DNA from: Ruminococcus sp. UBA7158
GTDB taxonomy: Bacteria; Bacillota; Clostridia; Oscillospirales; Ruminococcaceae
Assembly: GCA_002491605.1 (NCBI GenBank)
Contig: DKWG01000066.1
Coordinates: forward strand, 196-64,195
DNA length: 64,000 bases
Reading direction: 5' to 3'
The notes below the pieces were generated by a model. The model saw only the letters and a list, made by a program, of their open reading frames with translations, was not told the DNA's origin and did not search any database. Position numbers and translations under genes: made by a program. This document shows, one piece after another, positions 55,747 through 64,000 of the stretch. Position 1 is the first letter of the stretch. Each line of letters opens with the position of its first letter.

Positions 55747-57147
55747 TTACTCCAAGCCGAAGTATTTAGCTGCGTTGTTATAAGAAATACCGCTTACGAT
55801 CTCGCCTAACATCTTCTCGTCTGCCGGATATTCGCCGTTTTCAACCCAATCGCCTATGAGATTGCACAATATTCTTCTGAAATACTCATGGCGTGTGTAG
55901 GACAAGAAGCTTCTTGAATCGGTGAGCATTCCGACAAAATTGCCCAGTATCGAAAGGTTGGCTAATGACCTAAGCTGAGCCTCCATGCCTGATTTTGTAT
56001 CCTGGAACCACCATGCCGAGCCGTGCTGGATTTTGCCCATTGCCTGAGTTCCCTGGAAGCTTCCGATAACGGTGTCTATCATGGCGTTGTCGTTGGGGTT
56101 CAGCGAATAAACAATTGTTTTGGGCAGCCTGTTATCCACATCGAGAGCGTTCAAAAATGCCGCAAGCTCGTTTGAGCATTCAATTTCCGATATGCAGTCA
56201 AAACCCGTGTCCGGACCGAGCTGATTATAAAGACGGGTATTTGTATTTCTCTGGGCACCGTAGTGAAGCTGCATGACGACTCCGAGCCTTGAATACTCCC
56301 TGCCCATATGAACTAAAATTGCCGTTTTATACTTCTTAGCTTCCTCTAAGGTCACGCTTTCGCCGCTCATCGCCTTTTTAAAGATCTCGTTTACCTCGGC
56401 GTCGCTCGCAGGCGAATATACCATATAGTCAAGACCGTGGTCGGACGCCTTACAGCCCAGCTCGCAGAAGAATTCAAGGCGTTTTGTGAGTGCAGACTTA
56501 ACATCGTCCGCTGATTCTATATTCATTTTTGCGGTCTCAGCCAGAAGATTTATATATTCTGCAAAGCCGCTTTTATCTATATTAACGGCTTTATCGGGTC
56601 TGAACGACGGCAGAACCTTAGTTTCAAAGGACTTATCGTCCCTGAGCTTTATATGCCACTCCAAGCTGTCGGCAGGGTCGTCGGTTGTGCCTATCATCTT
56701 GACATTTGATTTTTTAATTATTTCACGTGCGCTCATGCTGCTTGACTTGAGCTTTTCGTTGCACAGCTCGTATACATGGCTCGCAGTGTCGGCATTCAGG
56801 ATTCCGTCATAGTCAAAATATCTTTTCAGCTCGAGATGAGTCCAGTGGAACATCGGATTGCCTATAGCCTTCGGGAGTGCCTGTGCAAAGCGCAGGAATT
56901 TAGTGTAATCGTCTGCCGAGCCGGTTATTTCCTCCTCCGGCACACCGTTTGAGCGAATCAAACGCCACTTATAATGGTCGCCGCCCAGCCATATTTCGGT
57001 TATGCTCGAAAAGCGCTTGTCCTCATATATTTCTTTGGGGCTTATGTGACAGTGGTAGTCAATAATCGGCATACCCTCGGCGTATTTTTTATAAAGCATT
57101 TTTGCAGTCTGCGTTTTCAGCAGAAAATCATCGTTGATAAAAGACAT
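55747..57147 (-). CDS. uxaC: Glucuronate isomerase
   Basis: MSFINDDFLL...AKMLYKKYAEGMPIIDYHCH, and WWF.D in the C-terminal part. RBS AAGGAG lies before the ATG at 57147. Confidence 0.9.
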   Translation of the reverse strand: MSFINDDFLLKTQTAKMLYKKYAEGMPIIDYHCHISPKEIYEDKRFSSITEIWLGGDHYKWRLIRSNGVPEEEITGSADDYTKFLRFAQALPKAIGNPMFHWTHLELKRYFDYDGILNADTASHVYELCNEKLKSSSMSAREIIKKSNVKMIGTTDDPADSLEWHIKLRDDKSFETKVLPSFRPDKAVNIDKSGFAEYINLLAETAKMNIESADDVKSALTKRLEFFCELGCKASDHGLDYMVYSPASDAEVNEIFKKAMSGESVTLEEAKKYKTAILVHMGREYSRLGVVMQLHYGAQRNTNTRLYNQLGPDTGFDCISEIECSNELAAFLNALDVDNRLPKTIVYSLNPNDNAMIDTVIGSFQGTQAMGKIQHGSAWWFQDTKSGMEAQLRSLANLSILGNFVGMLTDSRSFLSYTRHEYFRRILCNLIGDWVENGEYPADEKMLGEIVSGISYNNAAKYFGLE

Positions 57148-57290
57148 ATATTGTCGCTCCTTATATGTGATGTTAATATGATTATACACTCAAAGCTTTG
57201 AACTTTCAATAGACGATTCTATTTTTTGATAGACAAAATTCCTGCAATAGTATATAATGCTTATAGAAAAATCAGTAATAAAATATTTAT

Positions 57291-58016
57291 ATGAAAAGAG
57301 GACGGTTCAGTCAGACTGAACTAAAAGCTATCATGGAAAACAATCACGACGGTCACCGCCAACGGCTCAGATCGGAATTCTTAACCAACGGTCTCAACTC
57401 GCTGCCGCCTCAAAGAGTGTTGGAAATGCTCTTATTTTACTCAATACCGAGATCTGATACCTATCCTATCGCCTGCAGGCTCATCGAGCGCTTCGGCAGC
57501 ATTCAAAATGTGTTTTCAGCCGACTGTGATGAGCTGAAGCAGGTAAAGGGCATAAGCGACAGCTCCGCTGTGCTTATAAAGTTTGCCGCATCGCTTATGA
57601 ATTACAAGTACCACGATCCCATAATAGGCGAAGAAATAAAAAACATCAACGACCTGCTCCGTGTATTTAAAAAGCTCTTTACTTCAATTGAACAGGAGCA
57701 GGTAAGGCTTCTTTGCATTGACGAAAATCTGCGAATTGCCGATAACATTCATTTAGCCAACGGCGGCGCATCATCTGTGAGCTTTGACCCAAACGATGTT
57801 TTGCAGTGCGTAAAAAAGTCGAAATGCAGATTCTGCGCTATCGGTCACAATCATCCGAACGCTTCATGCGAACCGTCTAAGGAGGACGTCGAAGCGACAA
57901 ACCGCCTTAAAAGAATGCTTGAACAAAACGGCTGCACTCTGCTTGAGCATATCATAATCGGCAACGACGGCGAAAGCTCAGTCATGCGAGGAGACGTCAG
58001 ATATCTGTTTGTGTGA
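57291..58016 (+). CDS. radC: RadC-family JAB/MPN domain protein
   Basis: GHRQRLRSEF N-terminus, an HhH region, and the JAMM motif AIGHNHPNASCEPSKEDVEAT. Confidence 0.85.
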   Translation: MKRGRFSQTELKAIMENNHDGHRQRLRSEFLTNGLNSLPPQRVLEMLLFYSIPRSDTYPIACRLIERFGSIQNVFSADCDELKQVKGISDSSAVLIKFAASLMNYKYHDPIIGEEIKNINDLLRVFKKLFTSIEQEQVRLLCIDENLRIADNIHLANGGASSVSFDPNDVLQCVKKSKCRFCAIGHNHPNASCEPSKEDVEATNRLKRMLEQNGCTLLEHIIIGNDGESSVMRGDVRYLFV

Positions 58017-58074
58017 TTATTCATAATTTTTTCTTAAAAATCAGTGCATTTTTTGTTGTGTTTTCGGAGAAATA

Positions 58075-58193
58075 TGTTATAATAGCCGTAAACGGCTATT
58101 ATAATTATTTAAATGTGCCATTTTCTCGCCGCTAAAGCGGCAACCGAAAATGATGCACAATTATATCATAACGCTTTGCTTTCATGATATAAT
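58075..58193 (+). repeat. Copy B1 of the dispersed module (TGtTATAAT box, hairpin 1 ATAGCCG-TAAA-CGGCTAT, hairpin 2 at 58115-58158, inverted repeat TTATATCAT-14-ATGATATAA)
   Basis: It aligns with 1806-1883 and 17520-17609. Hairpin 2 is GTGC-CATTTTC-TC-GCCGC-TAAA-GCGGC-AACC-GAAAATG-AT-GCAC. Confidence 0.55.
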
Positions 58194-58350
58194 GACTTGG
58201 AGCTTATAGCTCCGAGTCTGAAAGTACCGCCGTCATGGCGAAGCGTTAGCGTCGTTTTAGAATGCAAACGCATTTTTTCGGCTTGTGCGATTGTTATGAA
58301 TTAAGCGTGCCGTTTTCCGACTGCTGATTCGGCAACGAGAATTTTTCACG
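58184..58350 (+). repeat. Copy B2 of the dispersed module (TGATATAAT box, hairpin 1 GGAGCT-TATA-GCTCC, internal small hairpins, hairpin 2 at 58306-58350)
   Basis: The order of elements is the same. Hairpin 2 is CGTG-CC-GTTTTC-CGA...TCGG-CAAC-GAGAAT-TTTT-CACG, with an outer stem that differs from B1 in a compensatory way. Confidence 0.45.
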
Positions 58351-58498
58351 GTCTCATATAAGGTAAAGCTTAGATTTCATTTATATTTATATCAATACTC
58401 AATAATCATTTTTGTGCAGCGTTACGCACAAGGCTTTCCCTGCCGTTTGTATGGCGTGAAAACATAAACCGCCGAAAGCTTAGCTTTGCTAAGGAGGA

Positions 58499-59371
58499 AT
58501 GATTAAAAACATGGATTTTCGATATGAAGACTGGAGCGAGGGCACTGCTACATACGGCATTGTCGCCTTCTACAGTGTTGATGTGCATACAATCACTCAC
58601 ATTCAAAGCCAGGTCGAGCTGATACTTGTTGAAAAGGGCAGCTTAAGGGCAAAGGTAAGCGGTCATGAGTTCACCGTTGACGAAGGAAACGGTCTGCTGA
58701 TATGTCCCCATGTGCTGCATCAGTACTCACCCGTAAGCGAGGGAACCGTTGTCAGCACATTTATATTCAGCACAGAGTTTTTGAGCGACTTCAAGGCGTT
58801 TTTTGAGAGCGGAAACGTGCCGTTTGTAAAATACAAAAAAGATAAATGTCCTGAATTTGCACGAAATCAAACAAAATACCTTATAGATTTCTCCCATAAC
58901 TACAGCTTCGGAAAAACTGTTATGAAGGGACTGCTTACCGCTTTTCTTTCCGGAATTATGCCGGCATACTCGGGCGGTGAATTTGAAGAGCACAGAGAAA
59001 AGGCGTCGAATTTTGAAATATGCCGACAGCTGCTATTGTATATAGACAACAACATATCTCAGGATTTGTCCCTCGAGAAAATATCCAAGGCATTAAATAT
59101 CGTGCCTTCCTATGTCTCAACTGTTTTTTCAAGGAATTTTAATACTTCACTTAATTCGTACATTGCCAGAAAGCGTGTTTCATGCGCCAAGCTGCTTTTA
59201 ATCAATTCGCAGAAAACTATAACTGAAATCGCCTTTGAATCCGGCTTTTCCAGTATCCGCAGCTTCAACCGCAGATTTAAGGACCGTGAGGGCTTAACGC
59301 CCAGCGAATACAGAGAATCGTTTATGCAATTGCCTAAAGACAATGCAGGCGAAGAGAATACGGCGCAATAG
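58499..59371 (+). CDS. AraC-family transcriptional regulator (cupin N-terminal domain)
   Basis: C-terminal dual HTH: LSLEKISKALNIVPSYVSTVFSRNF...ITEIAFESGFSSIRSFNRRFKDREGLTPSEYR. Confidence 0.85.
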   Translation: MIKNMDFRYEDWSEGTATYGIVAFYSVDVHTITHIQSQVELILVEKGSLRAKVSGHEFTVDEGNGLLICPHVLHQYSPVSEGTVVSTFIFSTEFLSDFKAFFESGNVPFVKYKKDKCPEFARNQTKYLIDFSHNYSFGKTVMKGLLTAFLSGIMPAYSGGEFEEHREKASNFEICRQLLLYIDNNISQDLSLEKISKALNIVPSYVSTVFSRNFNTSLNSYIARKRVSCAKLLLINSQKTITEIAFESGFSSIRSFNRRFKDREGLTPSEYRESFMQLPKDNAGEENTAQ

Positions 59372-59458
59372 CTTATTATTTCATCTGTCGCGAGATAATA
59401 CAAAAGTAAAACATCGAAGTCAAAATGCCTCGATGTTTTACTTTTGTCCTAATAATAA

Positions 59459-60007
59459 TCAAACGGTAAGCCTTTTTTCCATATAGCTTTGACCGCTCAT
59501 GTCCTTCCATACAGCCGTGCCGTCCTCGATGATAATATAACCGTGCAGACTTTCCTCCTTCGGAATAGACACTGAACCGGGATTTATAAACGTTATCCCC
59601 TTTTCGGTTGAGAACATCGGCACATGGGTGTGTCCGCTCGCCATTATATCTCCGGGGTGCATCGGCAAGGGATTTTGCTTTGAATAAATATGTCCGTGCG
59701 TGCAGTATATCGTCCTGCCGTCAAAGAACAAAGCTGCCGTATCACTTTGAACGGGAAAATCAAGAACCATCGAATCCACCTCTGAGTCGCAGTTTCCTCT
59801 GACGCAGATTATGCTTTCCGAAATTGAATTAAGCATTTCGGCGACAGCCTTCGGATTGTATTCCTTCGGTAAAGCATTTCTCGGACCGTGATATAAAATA
59901 TCGCCCAGCAGAACAAGCTTTTGCGGCTTTTCAATTTCAAATCTTTTAATAAGCTCAGAGCAGTAAAACGCCGAGCCATGAATATCAGACGCAAGCATTA
60001 GCTTCAT
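59459..60007 (-). CDS. yfcE: YfcE-family (MJ0936-type) metallophosphoesterase/phosphodiesterase
   Basis: Motifs ASDIHGS, LLGDILYHGPRN, RGNCD and GHTH. Confidence 0.85.
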   Translation of the reverse strand: MKLMLASDIHGSAFYCSELIKRFEIEKPQKLVLLGDILYHGPRNALPKEYNPKAVAEMLNSISESIICVRGNCDSEVDSMVLDFPVQSDTAALFFDGRTIYCTHGHIYSKQNPLPMHPGDIMASGHTHVPMFSTEKGITFINPGSVSIPKEESLHGYIIIEDGTAVWKDMSGQSYMEKRLTV

Positions 60008-60178
60008 AGTAAGCCTCTCCTATTAGTAAATTTAACGAATTTAAAAGCCGAAAACTATTAAAGTTGTACATACAACAAATCCTCAGCGGCTTTACATTCC
60101 GTATTTAAAGTATTATAATCAAATTATTGACATAAGTCAACGTCACGCATAACGCGGCGCTTGATTGGAGGGACTTTT

Positions 60179-61525
60179 TTGAATAAGGATTTGACATCAG
60201 GCAGCCCGGACAAGGTGCTGTTTAAATTTTGTCTTCCGCTTTTCGCAAGCGTCATCTTTCAGCAGCTTTATAACATTGCGGACAGCTTTGTCGCAGGCAA
60301 ATTCATTGGCAACGACGCCTTAGCGGCAGTCGGAAACGGATATGAAATAACGCTTATCTACATAGCTGTAGCATTCGGCTGCAATATAGGCTGCTCGGTA
60401 ACATCGGCTAAGCTTTTCGGTGCTAAAAGATATTCCGACCTGAAAACGTCTGTTTATTCCGCTTTGATTGCAAGCGGCGCTGTGTGCGCTGTGATGATGA
60501 TAATCGGAACTGCTTTTTCAACCGGATTGCTTTCGCTCATAAGAACGCCTGCCGAGCTTATGTACGACTCACGGCTGTACTTAAACATCTATACCCTCGG
60601 GCTTCCGTTTGTCTTCTTTTACAATATCTCGACCGGCATATTTTCAGCATTCGGTGATTCCAAAACTCCGTTTTACTTTTTGATGTGCTCTTCGGTTTCG
60701 AATATCTTAGTCGACATACTGTTTGTTGCGGTATTTGATATGGGCGTAGCAGGCGTTGCCTGGGCAACGTTTATATGCCAGGGAATAAGCGCAGTTTTGG
60801 CGGTAACGGTCGTTTTCAAAAGGCTGTCGTCTATCAAAACAGACTCTAAGGTCAAAATATTTTCGGCAAGGCTTCTCGGCGAATTTGCGGCGGTTGCCGT
60901 ACCGAGCGCTTTGCAGCAGAGCTTTGTATCTGTGGGCAATATCATAATTCAGTCCGCTATAAACGGCTTCGGCAAGGAAGCTATGGCAGGCTACTCCGCC
61001 GCTATAAAGCTTAACAACGTCGTAATAACCTCAATTACCACCTTAAGTAACGGCATTTCAAGCTTCACTGCGCAAAACATGGGTGCTAAAAAGCACGAAA
61101 GAATACCGCTCGGCTTTAAGTCAGGCGTAAAGCTGGTTTTACTGATATGCCTGCCGATAACGATACTGTATTTTGCAGCAGCCGACAAGCTGGTCTACAT
61201 CTTTTTGGACAGCCCGACAGGAGCGGCGGTCGACATCGGAGTTATGTTTTTGCATATAGTGTCGCCGTTTTACTTCCTCATAGCTACAAAAATAACGGCA
61301 GACGGAATACTGAGGGGTATGGGGCTGATGAGTCGGTTTATGGCTGCAACGTTTATCGACCTTGTGATAAGAGTAATTTTAGCGCTTGTCTTTTCAAAAA
61401 CAGCCTTAGGTATAACCGGAATATGGTGCGCATGGCCTATAGGATGGGTCATAGCAGCCGTTATATCCCTGTACTTTTATAAGCACGACTGTGTCGGAAA
61501 AATTAAAAAAGGATTATATCAATAG
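60179..61525 (+). CDS. MATE-family efflux transporter
   Basis: Twelve predicted TM helices with the N-terminal pattern LFKFCLPLFASVIFQQLYNIADSFVAG. TTG start 8 nt after GGAGGG. Confidence 0.85.
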   Translation: MNKDLTSGSPDKVLFKFCLPLFASVIFQQLYNIADSFVAGKFIGNDALAAVGNGYEITLIYIAVAFGCNIGCSVTSAKLFGAKRYSDLKTSVYSALIASGAVCAVMMIIGTAFSTGLLSLIRTPAELMYDSRLYLNIYTLGLPFVFFYNISTGIFSAFGDSKTPFYFLMCSSVSNILVDILFVAVFDMGVAGVAWATFICQGISAVLAVTVVFKRLSSIKTDSKVKIFSARLLGEFAAVAVPSALQQSFVSVGNIIIQSAINGFGKEAMAGYSAAIKLNNVVITSITTLSNGISSFTAQNMGAKKHERIPLGFKSGVKLVLLICLPITILYFAAADKLVYIFLDSPTGAAVDIGVMFLHIVSPFYFLIATKITADGILRGMGLMSRFMAATFIDLVIRVILALVFSKTALGITGIWCAWPIGWVIAAVISLYFYKHDCVGKIKKGLYQ

Positions 61526-61564
61526 CAGCTGCTATATATTCAGCAAGCCTGACGGTCATTTTCG

Positions 61565-62410
61565 TCAGGCTTGCTTTTTATACTGAGTGGGGGTAATACC
61601 GTAATACTTTTTGAAGGTGCTTGCAAAATGCTCGCCGGATGAATAACCAAGCTCCTGAGATATTTCAAGTATGCTTTTTTTACCCTCACGCAAAAGAGTA
61701 CCTGCGGCAAACATCCTCGCCTGCGTCTTCTTCTGCTGAAAGCTTGAATTGTAATGCCTGCAAAGCAGTCTTTCGGTCTGACGGCAGCTTAGCTTAAGCT
61801 TTTCAGACAAGGACTTCAAGGTCACATCCTTATAGTTATATAAAAACTCTTCCTCGATAATCAAATAAGTCAGGTCTATTTGCTCCTTAGCTCCGCTCAC
61901 AACGCCTTCCTTTTCATCCTCAGCCTGATATATTCTTATCATATACAAAATCAGCTGCTGCATCAAAGAGCTTATAAAAAGCTTACTGCCGAGCCCGGGC
62001 GATTCAAGCTCAGAAAATGTCTTTTTCATCAGTTCGTGAACATCCTTTGAGTCCTGACCGAACCAAAAGACCTTGTCGGCAAAAATACCTGCAAGACTTC
62101 CCCGCTCCGTCTTCGGCGGCTGCTCGATTTTAAGGTAGACGCAATATTCCGTCATGGGGTTTTCGGGTTCTGAAATCTGTTCATGCTCTACATTGGGTCC
62201 TGTCATAAAAAGAGTTCCCGGAGTTATATCGTAGCTCACGCCGTTTGATATCAGCGTGCCGTTTCCGAAGGAGATATAGTGAAGCTCATAGCTGTTTTTA
62301 CTGTGCGAGTGCATCGGAATCGGATTAATCAGCTTTTCAAGGCAAAGGCTCAGAATTTTAAACTCTGTGCTCTCAATGTCAAAGGTTATATTAAGGCTTC
62401 TGTATTTCAT
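61565..62410 (-). CDS. AraC-family transcriptional regulator (cupin N-terminal domain)
   Basis: C-terminal HTH SILEISQELGYSSGEHFASTFKKYYGITPTQYKK. It is divergent from the dehydrogenase genes. Confidence 0.85.
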   Translation of the reverse strand: MKYRSLNITFDIESTEFKILSLCLEKLINPIPMHSHSKNSYELHYISFGNGTLISNGVSYDITPGTLFMTGPNVEHEQISEPENPMTEYCVYLKIEQPPKTERGSLAGIFADKVFWFGQDSKDVHELMKKTFSELESPGLGSKLFISSLMQQLILYMIRIYQAEDEKEGVVSGAKEQIDLTYLIIEEEFLYNYKDVTLKSLSEKLKLSCRQTERLLCRHYNSSFQQKKTQARMFAAGTLLREGKKSILEISQELGYSSGEHFASTFKKYYGITPTQYKKQA

Positions 62411-62625
62411 CTACGCTCACTCTCCGCAGTACCTCTCGACAAAACGGCCGAGTGGTGATAAAACTTTCTTTCGTTAAAATTATGATACCACTCAGAGGCG
62501 CAATGTCAAGATATAATCTTCAAAAAAGCGACATCAACATCAAAAAACAGTCAGCTTTTAGTATTGTATATATAAGCTGATTGGTATAAAATATGATTAT
62601 ACTACTTTTATAAAGGAGCATTCAT

Positions 62626-63828
62626 ATGATAGTTAAGGGTACATATTTTCAAAACGATGAAATAAATCCTCTTGTATACGGAGACGTTGAGATAGAAAAC
62701 GTCAAAAGAAGGCGTCTTCGCGGTGAGGAGGAAAAAGAAGGCGTTCTGTGCGAGCCTGTTTTAATCGGCTTCTGCGGAACGGACAACGAGCTTATGAACA
62801 TGGGCTCAAAGGGTCTTTTAACCCCTAAGTTCCCCGAGGGCAAAACAAGGCTTATAAACGGTCACGAGGGAATCGTTTGGGTTCCGAGCGAAAATCGATT
62901 TGCCATTGTGTTAATCAGAGGCGGCGACAGCTATGACCCCACCCGTTACACCGAGGACGAAACCTATTTTGAATACGGCTGCGACAAGGCGGACGGTCTT
63001 TTTGCCGACAAGCAGTATTTCAACCCCGATATGCTTTTAAAGATTCCCGACGGATACGTCAAGGACGGAAAGCTCGACTTGGAGTTCGCAAAGAAAATGG
63101 TCTTCCCCGACCCGTACGGCTGTATGCTCTTCCAGCTTGAGCGCATGGAGGACTTAGGCTCTGCGCACAATTTCAGAGTTGTTATGGCAAGAGAAAAGTG
63201 CGATGAAGCAGCTGCCAGAAAAATCGCCATGGACGAGGTCTTTGACCGCACCGTTATATTCGGCTTGGGAACAACGGGAATGTTCATGGGCGACTTAATT
63301 AAAAAGCATCACCCCAACGCCAACATTTTATTTGTCGCAAGAAGCGATGAAAGCTCTCCCAAGGTTAAGTTCGCTTTAAGAGAAACAGGTGCAAAATACT
63401 TAAAGAGCAACTTCGATACCGAGCGTGAGCTTGCAGACGCTATAGTTAAGGAGCTTGGCGGCAGGGCTACAATGTTCATAGGAGTAAGCGGCTCAAATGT
63501 TGAGCACAGAATCGCCTTCGAGCATAAGGCATTGGGCTGCAACGGCGTTTACAACAGCTTCTCACTTGGTCCTAAGGTGGAGTACGACACCATGCCTTTC
63601 GGCTTTGAAAACCATCTTATCTTTGGCTCAATTAACTTCAGACAATGCCATATGGAAAAAGCAATAGAGCTTTTAGCACAGTCACGTTATAATGAAATTG
63701 TTGAACTTATAGACCGTGACGAGTTTGCCTCTGACCCGATAGGAGCTTACAAGAACAAGATTTATTCAAAGGCTGCACCGATGAAGACGGCTGTTATCTG
63801 GAATAAAAAATATTTAAATATTGATTAA
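62626..63828 (+). CDS. Medium-chain dehydrogenase/reductase superfamily protein (glucose-dehydrogenase-like, zinc-type)
   Basis: The CGTD...GHEG catalytic-zinc pattern lies near the N-terminus, and GLGTTG is a Rossmann motif. At 400 aa it has inserts relative to classical ADHs. Confidence 0.65.
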   Translation: MIVKGTYFQNDEINPLVYGDVEIENVKRRRLRGEEEKEGVLCEPVLIGFCGTDNELMNMGSKGLLTPKFPEGKTRLINGHEGIVWVPSENRFAIVLIRGGDSYDPTRYTEDETYFEYGCDKADGLFADKQYFNPDMLLKIPDGYVKDGKLDLEFAKKMVFPDPYGCMLFQLERMEDLGSAHNFRVVMAREKCDEAAARKIAMDEVFDRTVIFGLGTTGMFMGDLIKKHHPNANILFVARSDESSPKVKFALRETGAKYLKSNFDTERELADAIVKELGGRATMFIGVSGSNVEHRIAFEHKALGCNGVYNSFSLGPKVEYDTMPFGFENHLIFGSINFRQCHMEKAIELLAQSRYNEIVELIDRDEFASDPIGAYKNKIYSKAAPMKTAVIWNKKYLNID

Positions 63829-63850
63829 TTCGAAAAGGAGAACTGATATC

Positions 63851-64000
63851 ATGAAAACAGTACTTATTAATAAACCCTTTGAGATCGCAGTAGTCGATAC
63901 TCCCAAGCCGGAAGCTAAGGAGGGCGAAGCTCTTCTTAAGATCATGTACGGCGGCATATGCGGAGCAGACGTTGCCAGCTACACCGGCAATCAGCCCTTT
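63851..64000 (+). CDS. Zinc-binding alcohol/polyol dehydrogenase (MDR family), 5' fragment truncated by window end
   Basis: RBS AAAGGAGA precedes MKTVLINKPFEIAVVDTPKPEAKEGEALLKIMYGGICGADVASYTGNQPF, which has the GICG.D pattern. Confidence 0.7.
   Translation, partial: MKTVLINKPFEIAVVDTPKPEAKEGEALLKIMYGGICGADVASYTGNQPF

Overview
The window looks like chromosomal DNA from a spore-forming, moderate-GC Clostridia (Oscillospiraceae/Ruminococcaceae-like; taxonomy inferred, not verified). Most of it is conserved housekeeping on the minus strand: the sporulation sigma operon spoIIGA-sigE-sigG, prfA, tsaC, coaE, rarA, clpX, clpP, tig, thrC, rnhB, ylqF, lepB, rplS, tyrS, a TrpB2-type trpB and uxaC. One tRNA-Pro(UGG) and two T-box leaders are readable, with specifiers UGG (Trp) and UAC (Tyr). 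Accessory content includes a sugar-binding lipoprotein next to two tandem paralogous secreted glycoside hydrolases with CBM6/35-like tails. It also includes a Bce-type peptide-antibiotic sensing and detoxification module, a CotH-family protein plus a repeat-rich surface protein, and several small regulator pairs. I found no CRISPR array, intact mobile element or recognisable defence island. The two best candidates for undescribed biology are both non-coding or small: (1) an unannotated type I toxin-antitoxin-like locus at about 29.33-29.76 kb; (2) a dispersed family of promoter-like box plus hairpin modules at about 1.7, 17.5 and 58.1-58.35 kb with compensatory stem changes. All calls rest on reading the sequence and remembered family motifs. 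No database search was run.
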